Part shown: one piece after another, positions 1 through 7,366 of the stretch | Position numbering within the stretch: the first letter of the stretch is position 1 | How the letters are laid out: every line of letters starts with the position of its first letter | Source: Hyperthermus butylicus DSM 5456 | GTDB taxonomy: Archaea; Thermoproteota; Thermoprotei_A; Sulfolobales; Pyrodictiaceae | Direction of reading: 5' to 3' | Length of the DNA: 32,000 bases | Assembly (NCBI RefSeq): GCF_000015145.1 | Contig: NC_008818.1 | Coordinates: 30,001 to 62,000, forward strand | Position numbers and translations under genes: made by a program | Notes under the pieces: model-generated | The model's input: only the letters and a program-made list of their open reading frames with translations | Told to the model about the DNA's origin: nothing | Databases searched by the model: none

Positions 1-1034
1 ATTGCTACATAAAAGCACTAGCTAAGCGCAATCCCAACGAGCTAACTACTGAAGAGGCTAAGCGTGTAGCGGAGGAGATAGTCGAGATTGGTATCCCACT
101 AGTCGTTTTCAGCGGCGGCGAGCCTCTAGTGAGAAGTGACTTCTGGGAGATAGTAGAACCTATGGCTGGTAAGCAGAGACCGAAACTGTCGTTGAGCACT
201 AATGGCACATTAATAACGAGGGATGTTGCAGAGAAGCTTGCGTCATACCAGTTCAAGTATGTGGGTATATCTATTGATAGCATAAAGCCGGAGTGGCATG
301 ACAGGTTTAGGGGAGTACCCGGCGCATTTGAAGCTGCGGTACGTGGCATAAAATATGTTATGGAGCTAGGTATAGATGTTGGCGTGCGCACCACGCTTAC
401 CAAGTACAATATTGAGGAGGTACCAGCAATACTCAAGTGGGCCTACGATCTCGGCATAAAACGTGTAAGCCTCTACGTCCTAGATACCGTGGGTCGAGGA
501 GCAGGTATTGCAGACTGGCTTCCCACCCATGAGCAGCTCCGCAAATTCGCAGATACAATAATAGATGAAGCACGCAAGTACTCGGGCGAAATGGAGATAT
601 TAATCGTCAGAGCGCAGTTCCTAGGAATCTACATTGCCGACAAGCTTGCTCGCTCTCCCGAGGACTTCATGAAGTACATATCGCTGCTTGATGCGCAGGG
701 CAACTGCGGCAGGAAAAGCATAAGCATATACCCGAATGGCGATGTTAAGCCATGCCAGTTCGTAGACTGGGTAACCCTCGGCAACGTTCGGAGACAGACG
801 CTAAAGGATATACTTAGCCCTGAGAACAAAGAGTTAAAGCCATTCCTAGCCATAGAGAACTACTTACGCGGCCCAAGGTGTGGCAGGTGTCCATTCCGGA
901 GGATATGCGGGGGTGGCAGTAGGGGCAGGGCACTAGAGCTAACCGGCGACGAGTGGGGAGACGACCCGCTATGCTTCATAGACTTCTCCGCGATAGCTAA
1001 GAAGTGGGGCATAGATCCCAATAAGATCCTCTAG
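1..1034 (+). CDS. Radical SAM protein with a C-terminal SPASM/Twitch-like Cys-rich domain (5' partial; start lies upstream of the window)
   Basis: Frame 3 is open from nt 3 with no stop, so the gene extends beyond the track start at 129. The translation shows the radical SAM core (VVFSGGEPLV, LSTNGTLIT, GISIDS). The C-terminus reads CGRKSISIYPNGDVKPC...CGRCPFRRICGGG...DPLC, which is typical of SPASM-type auxiliary cluster domains. The CxxxCxxC motif itself is upstream of the window. Confidence 0.8.
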   Translation, partial: CYIKALAKRNPNELTTEEAKRVAEEIVEIGIPLVVFSGGEPLVRSDFWEIVEPMAGKQRPKLSLSTNGTLITRDVAEKLASYQFKYVGISIDSIKPEWHDRFRGVPGAFEAAVRGIKYVMELGIDVGVRTTLTKYNIEEVPAILKWAYDLGIKRVSLYVLDTVGRGAGIADWLPTHEQLRKFADTIIDEARKYSGEMEILIVRAQFLGIYIADKLARSPEDFMKYISLLDAQGNCGRKSISIYPNGDVKPCQFVDWVTLGNVRRQTLKDILSPENKELKPFLAIENYLRGPRCGRCPFRRICGGGSRGRALELTGDEWGDDPLCFIDFSAIAKKWGIDPNKIL

Positions 1035-1798
1035 TGCTCTCTGCAAGGCCTACTAACACCCTTCCTTTTAGCCAGTTCAACAAGTATCGGTATCTCCTTC
1101 AGCTTCTCGCAAGGTAAGAGCTCCCAAATCACACCCGGCGGCCTTGGCCCCCGTTCAGCTACTCTTATGAGTCTCGTTGGCGTAGCGATGAAGTCCACGG
1201 TGAGATCGTAGGGCTCTCTAGGTATATGGTCGACGATTTGTAGATCGTGGACGGTGGTAGCTATAGGTGTATCCTCGTCTACGAGGCCTAGCTCCCTCAT
1301 GATAGCGTACTCTAGCTCTGCATAGCCTTCGCCCTTGCCAACCCTATGCCCATACCTATCAACGGCAACAGAGCCTGTAACTATGAAGTCTATGCCGCCA
1401 AGACTCCTTAACTCATCAATTCCTATGACACGGCCTAGCTGGAAGGCACCACGTATTGTCGAGGCTTTCTCATAGAGGTAGCTGGGTATCCTCTTCGGGT
1501 CAAGAAGTATGAAGCCCTCATGCAGCCTAGGTGTCGCCATAACGAGTAGCTTGCCTTGTCTAAGTGTTGCTAGACGTACCCATCGCTGGGGAGAGTCAGG
1601 GTTGGCTTTCACAATCCTCGCTCTACGCCACTCTCCTAGATCGAATAGCTTAGCAGCGGCCGCTTCTGCACCTCTAAAGTTTGGAATCCTACCCCAGGGC
1701 GGCGGGAACGTAGCAACTCCCCGCTCGGAGAGGAGGCGCCAAATATGCTCCCTCAGCCTCTTCTTATACTCCTTCACATCAATGTGCCCATTGTTCAC
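1031..1798 (-). CDS. 5-formyltetrahydrofolate cyclo-ligase family protein
   Basis: 255 aa. N-terminal KKRLREHIWRLL and the motif VGKGEGYAELEY (GxGxGY-type) match the MTHFS-like family. The GTG start overlaps the upstream gene's stop by 4 nt (GTGA). Confidence 0.7.
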   Translation of the reverse strand: MNNGHIDVKEYKKRLREHIWRLLSERGVATFPPPWGRIPNFRGAEAAAAKLFDLGEWRRARIVKANPDSPQRWVRLATLRQGKLLVMATPRLHEGFILLDPKRIPSYLYEKASTIRGAFQLGRVIGIDELRSLGGIDFIVTGSVAVDRYGHRVGKGEGYAELEYAIMRELGLVDEDTPIATTVHDLQIVDHIPREPYDLTVDFIATPTRLIRVAERGPRPPGVIWELLPCEKLKEIPILVELAKRKGVSRPCREH

Positions 1799-2514
1799 CG
1801 CGGCGCACCCACCCCCTCAAGTAGCTTCTCCAGCCTAGTAGCAGTTGACTCAAAGCTCTCCAGGAGGGCTGCAACTCTAAGCCTCAACAATAGTATGGAG
1901 GCTGTAAGCCTAACGTAACGATAACCCCGCCTTGCCAAAGGCGAGAGTCGCCGGAGAAACTCAACTACACGCACAACGTCGCTTAGCGGTTTTGATAGGT
2001 AGGATGCAGCTTCCTGGATAGTCGGCTTAAGCGCTATCGCCCGCAGGTAGGGTAAAAGCTCAGGCTTAACACGCACCTCTTCGGAGAAAAGCAGTCTTAC
2101 AACCTCAGCTACAGCATCGTAGACAGCGTGGTATACAAGGTCCTCAAGCTCCTCGCTGTCAACTAGGAAGACGTCCTCCAAGGCTATAACTTTCACACCC
2201 AGTTTCTCGGCAAGCTTTTCTGCAGCTTCGTCGGCAAATCCCTTACATATCACTAGCGGTTTAGCATTGAGGAGTATGGCATTACTATATGCTTGCCTAA
2301 CACCGTGTACATCGAGCCTGCCAGCCTTAACTTCTACAGCGTAAAGTTCCCCATCAGGCCCCCTAGCCACGGCATCGACTTCGGCTACCTCTACACCTTC
2401 AATTCGTACCCTCTTATGAACCTCGAGTATCTCGTAGCCCTGCTCCTCCAGCAGTCTAAACGCTATACGTTCGCTTGCATGCCAACGCTTCATCCCACTC
2501 AAACTGGGACACAC
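1795..2514 (-). CDS. PD-(D/E)xK nuclease-fold protein (YraN/Hjc-like) with a helical C-terminal domain
   Basis: The N-terminal ~100 aa read ERIAFRLLEEQGYEIL...AEVDAVARGPDGELYAVEVKAGR. This is the D...E-V-K catalytic signature of YraN / archaeal resolvase-type restriction-endonuclease-fold proteins. GTG start. Confidence 0.6.
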   Translation of the reverse strand: MCPSLSGMKRWHASERIAFRLLEEQGYEILEVHKRVRIEGVEVAEVDAVARGPDGELYAVEVKAGRLDVHGVRQAYSNAILLNAKPLVICKGFADEAAEKLAEKLGVKVIALEDVFLVDSEELEDLVYHAVYDAVAEVVRLLFSEEVRVKPELLPYLRAIALKPTIQEAASYLSKPLSDVVRVVEFLRRLSPLARRGYRYVRLTASILLLRLRVAALLESFESTATRLEKLLEGVGAPR

Positions 2515-2611
2515 CCTTTGCTAGCATCGCCCAGGGTTAGGCTTCTAGCAGCGGGTAAGCCCTAATACTTCCATTAGCCAGACATAGCGCTACCCGGGGT
2601 GGAGTACAAGT

Positions 2612-3574
2612 TTGGTACAAAGAGAGGATCTCCTACGTGAACAAGTGACTGATGTCGAGTTGAAGCCTGGAATGACGCTGGACGAGCTAATAGATGCCTA
2701 CGGTGAAATATACGGGTTCATGGCTGGTCATTTGAGGAGAGCAATAGAGATTCTATCTAGGTGCCTCCGCGACGCAGACCTCCGCGTACTATCATTTACA
2801 GCTAACATTGTTGCAACCGGGGTTAGGGGTATACTAGCCCAACTAATCCGCGAGAAACTATTCAACCTTGTCGTAACAACTTGTGGCACTATAGATCATG
2901 ACGTAGCTAGGGGCCTCGGCTATAACTACTACAAGGGATACTTCGAAGCAGACGACAAGATGCTCAGAGAGCTTGAGATACACAGACTCGGCAATATATA
3001 CATCCCGGTTGAAAACTATGGCGAGCCAATAGAGAAGTTTACACATAGAGTACTATCAGATCTCGCTGGGAGGAAGAAGAGGTGGGCAGTCTACGAAGTT
3101 CTCTGGGAGATGGGTGCAAGAATAAATGATAAACACAGCATCCTACGGGCAGCCTACGAGGCTAAGACACCAGTAATAGTTCCAGGGTTTGTGGATGGAG
3201 CTTTTGGGACAGCGGTATTCACGTTTACACAGCTAAACCGTGACTTCGCCATAGATATAATGCTTGACGAGGAGCTGCTAGCAGACCGCTTCTTCAGAGC
3301 CAAGAAGGCAGCAGCGCTGCTCATAGGCGGTGGTATAAGCAAGCACCACTCAATATGGTGGGCTCAGTTCCGCGGCGGATTTGATTGTGCAGTATACGTT
3401 ACAACAGCTGTAGAGTATGATGGAAGCTTGAGTGGGGCACAGCCACGTGAGGCAATTTCATGGGGTAAGATTAAGCCTAGCGGCGAGCACGTGGTAGTCT
3501 ATGGTGATGCGACGATATTGCTACCGCTAATAGCCTATGGCCTGCTTAGGTCTCTGAGATGGGGGAGCGGGTAG
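2612..3574 (+). CDS. dys: Deoxyhypusine synthase
   Basis: 320 aa with hallmark motifs TTCGTIDHD, LIGGGISKHH and EAISWGKI (catalytic Lys). The TTG start has a GGGGTGGAG Shine-Dalgarno-like box 8 nt upstream (2596-2604). Confidence 0.9.
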   Translation: MVQREDLLREQVTDVELKPGMTLDELIDAYGEIYGFMAGHLRRAIEILSRCLRDADLRVLSFTANIVATGVRGILAQLIREKLFNLVVTTCGTIDHDVARGLGYNYYKGYFEADDKMLRELEIHRLGNIYIPVENYGEPIEKFTHRVLSDLAGRKKRWAVYEVLWEMGARINDKHSILRAAYEAKTPVIVPGFVDGAFGTAVFTFTQLNRDFAIDIMLDEELLADRFFRAKKAAALLIGGGISKHHSIWWAQFRGGFDCAVYVTTAVEYDGSLSGAQPREAISWGKIKPSGEHVVVYGDATILLPLIAYGLLRSLRWGSG

Positions 3575-4121
3575 GCTTAATATCGCTAACCCCTCTTATA
3601 TAGAGGTAGAGTGTGCGCACAAGCCCGGCAATGTAGTATCTCTCGACGTGTACGGGTTTCCAGCCTGGTATAGCGAAGTCTAGTGTGACTATCCTAGTAC
3701 CCACCTTCAACTCTTTCTCAAGCTTTGGTTTTAACGCGGCGTTAACCCTCGTCAACAAGTACATGTAGACTACTGTTGCATCACCTATCGGGACCTTGAA
3801 GAAGTCATCGTTGACGAACTTAACCCTATCGTAAACCCCGGCTTTCCGCGCATTCTCCATAGCTGCTTCTATAAGATCCTTCCTTAGTTCTACACAGACG
3901 GCCTTAGCTCCCCTCCGTGCAGCTTCAATTGCAACTCTGCCATCACCACAACCTAGGTCATAGAATATGTCGCCCTCGCCAACCCTTGCTATACGCATAA
4001 CGTAGTCTATAAGCTGTCTCCTCGTCGGCACCCAGGGCACATCGTAGCTACCGAGCACGGATAACGGTATTGCGGCAAACAGCCCGCGGAATACCTCCAC
4101 CCGCTCACCCATACTGTGCAT
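3546..4121 (-). CDS. Class I SAM-dependent methyltransferase
   Basis: Motif I is FYDLGCGDGRVAIEAA, followed by VELRKDL and FVNDDFF. I prefer the ATG at 4121 (MHSMGERV...) because a TATA-like box (4142-4152) sits ~26 nt upstream. The extension to 4268 in the track looks non-coding. Confidence 0.75.
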   Translation of the reverse strand: MHSMGERVEVFRGLFAAIPLSVLGSYDVPWVPTRRQLIDYVMRIARVGEGDIFYDLGCGDGRVAIEAARRGAKAVCVELRKDLIEAAMENARKAGVYDRVKFVNDDFFKVPIGDATVVYMYLLTRVNAALKPKLEKELKVGTRIVTLDFAIPGWKPVHVERYYIAGLVRTLYLYIRGVSDIKPTRSPISET

Positions 4122-4209
4122 AGATAAGGCTACGGGAAACCCCCTAATTACCTGGCTCCCACGGCTTCCTTCAGTGGCATCCTCGAATAAGCCTCGAAGG
4201 GTGTAGCTG

Positions 4210-4929
4210 TTGCGGAGACTTGACATCAGCTTCTGGAGGAAGATAATAAGCGACATAGAGGCTATCATCTCCTACTACCGAAGAATGAATAGAATTATGT
4301 CGCTGGGGCATGACGAAAAGGTTCGTTGCGATGCAGTACAAGCTATCTGTAGACATACCAGGTGCATGCTCGTCCTAGACGTAGGGGCTGGTCCAGGCGA
4401 CTCAGTGAGGTGTATATGTAAAGTTGCAAAACCAGCCTACATAGTAGCTGTTGAGCCATCTTCCCGCATGGTAAGGCTTTCTTGCAGAGCATGTCGTCAT
4501 GTGTGTGATGCTGTTGTAGCCATAGCGGAGAGTCTCCCCTTCCGCAGCACGGTCTTTGACGCGGTAACCTCGTTCTACGCTGCTAGGGACTATCTCAACC
4601 TCACAGCGGCTCTAAGAGAGGAGAGGCGGGTAGCTTGTGGAGGAGTAGTCATAGGCGACATATTTGTTCCTGCCAGTAAGCTTCTACGTCTGCTTCAGAA
4701 GATATGGGTATGTGTATTTGCGCCGTTTATAGCGCTCATAGTTGCTGCGGGTAAGTGGAAGCCATATACTACGCTCTGTAGAACTCTTAGCCGCTGGCTT
4801 ACAATAGGCGAAATGGGCTCTATGCTTTGTAGCGGGTATGAAGTCTGTGAACAGCGTGCGTACGTGGTAGGTGGCTTAGGATATGTTGCTGCGTGGCAGA
4901 AGAGTGCTTGTGGCGATAACAGGGGCTAG
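4210..4929 (+). CDS. UbiE/COQ5-family SAM-dependent methyltransferase (demethylmenaquinone/ubiquinone methyltransferase-like)
   Basis: YYRRMNRIMSLGHDEKVR resembles the UbiE N-terminal YDxMNDxMSxGxHRxWR box. Motif I is VLDVGAGPGDS. The TTG start at 4210 retains the family motif; the alternative ATG at 4285 would remove it. Confidence 0.65.
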   Translation: MRRLDISFWRKIISDIEAIISYYRRMNRIMSLGHDEKVRCDAVQAICRHTRCMLVLDVGAGPGDSVRCICKVAKPAYIVAVEPSSRMVRLSCRACRHVCDAVVAIAESLPFRSTVFDAVTSFYAARDYLNLTAALREERRVACGGVVIGDIFVPASKLLRLLQKIWVCVFAPFIALIVAAGKWKPYTTLCRTLSRWLTIGEMGSMLCSGYEVCEQRAYVVGGLGYVAAWQKSACGDNRG

Positions 4930-5476
4930 TGGCGTAATCTATGGTGCTAGGCTCGTAGCGCACCTCGCGAAGAGGGGGCTCCTCGAGGCAGTAATCTACA
5001 CTCCATCAGCGTTAATAGTTGCAAGGGAAGAGGGCATAGATCTTGAGAAGTTTATCAAGGGTTTAGGTGTACCAGCCTATCTTTCAACGAGGCTAGATGC
5101 GCCCTATGCGAGTAGTAGCCGTGCACCATGGGCAATGGTTGTTGCTCCCTGCAGTATGAAGACGTTGGCAGCATTAGCCCACGGATATAGCGATAATCTC
5201 GTTACTCGGGCGGCACTAGCAGTGCTAAGGCTTGGCCGTAAGCTAGTCCTAGTAGTGAGGGAAACACCCCTTGGCAAGGCTGAGCTGAGAAACATGCTGC
5301 TAGCGGCCGAAAACGGAGCCATAATACTGCCTGCTGCTCCAGCCTTCTACACGAGGCCCAGAACACTTAGTGATATAGTGGACTTTGTAGTGGGCAAAAT
5401 ACTAGACGTACTTGGTATAGAGCATAGTCTCTACCAGCGCTGGCGCGGCTACTCGAATTCGTCATCGCCAAAGTAG
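4883..5476 (+). CDS. ubiX: Flavin prenyltransferase UbiX
   Basis: RVLVAITGASGVIYG, VVAPCSMKTLAALAHGYSDNLVTRAA and VVRETPL match the UbiX/Pad1 family. Overlaps the upstream methyltransferase gene by 47 nt if the ATG at 4883 is used. Confidence 0.9.
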   Translation: MLLRGRRVLVAITGASGVIYGARLVAHLAKRGLLEAVIYTPSALIVAREEGIDLEKFIKGLGVPAYLSTRLDAPYASSSRAPWAMVVAPCSMKTLAALAHGYSDNLVTRAALAVLRLGRKLVLVVRETPLGKAELRNMLLAAENGAIILPAAPAFYTRPRTLSDIVDFVVGKILDVLGIEHSLYQRWRGYSNSSSPK

Positions 5477-5790
5477 CCCTTGCGTTTCATCAGCTTTTCT
5501 ATCTTTGACATGGCCTCCTCTTCAGCCCTAATCTCTCTCTCTAGATCCTCGATCCGGGTCTCTTGAGTTTGCTTCTCCTTAGCATAGAGGCATGTGCCAT
5601 CAGGCAGCAGTGCCTTTAAAGCACAAGCAGCGTACTGGCATGCACCACCGATACATTCGTCACCTATCCATCTGCAGTATGCTACTCTCTGCATCTTTCC
5701 GTGTACCGGCTTGCGGACCACTGTTAGTGAATTGTTTAGGCAGCGAAAGTATGGGCAGAGAGGGTTACACTTGCCGTCGGGCAAGGGCAT
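5449..5790 (-). CDS. Small Cys-rich hypothetical protein (8 Cys) with a coiled-coil and acidic C-terminus
   Basis: 113 aa from the ATG at 5790: MPLPDGKCNPLCPYFRC...CRWIGDECIGGACQYAACALKALLPDGTC, then a charged helix and the tail GYFGDDEFE. The extension to 5955 in the track is Arg/Pro-rich and looks non-coding. Confidence 0.5.
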   Translation of the reverse strand: MPLPDGKCNPLCPYFRCLNNSLTVVRKPVHGKMQRVAYCRWIGDECIGGACQYAACALKALLPDGTCLYAKEKQTQETRIEDLEREIRAEEEAMSKIEKLMKRKGYFGDDEFE

Positions 5791-5979
5791 CGGCCTAGAT
5801 TTTTCGCCTCCCCTACGCGGCACACCAGGTTCCCTACGTGGCTGTCGTGCAGGTGGCCTACCGCCCCTCCTGCTAAAGGACAAATTTCTACACCTCGCCC
5901 AGCATACTGCTATGCACCATCCGGCGAGAGAGCGTAGGCAATGCTGGCTTGCCACTTACAGTCTCTCTGGCCAATCTTA

Positions 5980-6525
5980 TTAGGGCTTACTCCACTTAAG
6001 CAACAGGTAGCGTATCGGTGTATCCCTCGGACCTGTAAGCGCTAGGATAAATGCCTTCCTAACACTATGGCTAAGCCTTCCCGCGCGAACTATTTCAAGA
6101 GGATCTATCTCCTCGTCCACACGCATAACATGGACTAGATAGGGTGCATGCTCGAGCCCAGGTCCGCGTTCATACACGGCAAAGTCTGAGCCATATTTGA
6201 GCCCAGACCTAACAACATAGCCCCGGTCTCTCAAGTCACGATAAACCTTGTAGAGCAGCTCAAATTTAGGTATAAACCTTTCAGCTCGCCTCCTTACCTC
6301 CTCAACACTTACCCTGTGGCCTTCCTCGTCGTAGACCTCTAGCATACCCCTCTCTAGCAGGTGGAGTGTCTCCAGGAGCCCAAGCTCTAGCGGCGCGTCA
6401 AAATTAGAGCCACGGGGCTTAGGTATGCCTAAAGGCTTACCATAGTATCCGCTTGCATAGAGCCTTCTGGCTGCCTCCCGGTCAAACACTACAGCTCTGA
6501 GCCCCAGCAATACAGCCCGTATCAT
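5980..6525 (-). CDS. endA: tRNA-splicing (intron) endonuclease, catalytic subunit
   Basis: 181 aa. GYVVRSGLKYGSDFAVYERGPGLEHAPYLVHV and SHSVRKAFILA carry the conserved Tyr/His/Lys catalytic pattern of archaeal EndA. Confidence 0.9.
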   Translation of the reverse strand: MIRAVLLGLRAVVFDREAARRLYASGYYGKPLGIPKPRGSNFDAPLELGLLETLHLLERGMLEVYDEEGHRVSVEEVRRRAERFIPKFELLYKVYRDLRDRGYVVRSGLKYGSDFAVYERGPGLEHAPYLVHVMRVDEEIDPLEIVRAGRLSHSVRKAFILALTGPRDTPIRYLLLKWSKP

Positions 6526-6539
6526 TGCATCACCGTTGT

Positions 6540-7247
6540 CTAGCGGCCGGCAACCATGTAGAGTGCTAGGAACTTAACGTTTTCAGCAGCATCCCTAATA
6601 GTATCAGCTATATCTTCGATGAGATCTGTAATATCCTTTATCAGCATTAGCGCAACAATATCGCTCTTTAGCTCCCTATATAGTGAAAAGACCAGCTCAC
6701 GGTAGAGCGCGTCAACATCATTTTCTATATTTAGTACGCGCTGTGCCTCCTCATAGCTCTTCTTCGGGTTCGACCATAGATGATTTATTGCCTTCTCCAG
6801 GCTCTCAAACTCCTTGGACAAGGTTTCAGCTATAGCCTTAAGCTTCATGGTCACGTCGTTAGCTGAGAGTATTGAGCTCTTAGTATTTGAAGATAAGAGG
6901 TAGGCCCTATATGCTATGCCTTCGGCGGACTGTGCAACGCTGGTGAGGTAGAGGAACAAGTCCTTGTATATAGTGTTGGTTGTTAGAATGTTGCCAAGTC
7001 TAGCAAGGTAGGTTAGCGCGTCGTCCTTCATGGCTTCGACTCTGTCCTTTGCACTCCTAATCTCGCTGTGAAGCCTACCCAGCTGCTCAGTGTCGCCACG
7101 CACTAGGGCATCTATTACGCTCCTAATGCCTGCAATCTCCTTTGAAAGCTCGCGTATGACCCCAACTATCTGCTCGGTTAGACTCTCCTCGGCTAGTGAT
7201 TGTTGTCTTCTCCTCTCAATATCATAATCATAGTACTCCTCAGCCAA
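6540..7247 (-). CDS. DUF47 / PhoU-like (TIGR00153-type) helical protein
   Basis: 235 aa, all-helical, with the PhoU-like repeated pattern (ENDVDALYREL..., IKDITDLIEDIADTIRDAAE). Confidence 0.7.
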   Translation of the reverse strand: MAEEYYDYDIERRRQQSLAEESLTEQIVGVIRELSKEIAGIRSVIDALVRGDTEQLGRLHSEIRSAKDRVEAMKDDALTYLARLGNILTTNTIYKDLFLYLTSVAQSAEGIAYRAYLLSSNTKSSILSANDVTMKLKAIAETLSKEFESLEKAINHLWSNPKKSYEEAQRVLNIENDVDALYRELVFSLYRELKSDIVALMLIKDITDLIEDIADTIRDAAENVKFLALYMVAGR

Positions 7248-7366
7248 GCTACTATCCCGAGTGTAGGTGAAGTTTCGGAAGAGGTATTAGAAGGGTTATG
7301 CTGTGTAATGTAGTGCAGTGGAATAGGTGTAGTATAGAGAGGTCTTGAGTAAAAGGGGCATGGAGC

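Noticed and set aside
5-436. Long antisense ORFs inside well-supported genes (for example 5..436 -, 10940..11305 +, 12132..12464 -, 15076..15570 -, 22314..22679 -, 25174..25533 +)
   Set aside because: Each lies fully within and opposite to a gene with clear family motifs. Their Ser/Leu/Arg-rich compositions are typical of antisense frames in GC-rich archaeal coding DNA.
5592-5983. Plus-strand ORFs 5592..5798 and 5594..5983, and the N-terminal extension 5791..5955 of the minus ORF
   Set aside because: These are Arg/Pro/Gly/Ser-rich translations typical of GC-rich non-coding or antisense sequence. The minus-strand Cys-rich protein starting at the ATG at 5790 explains the coding signal.
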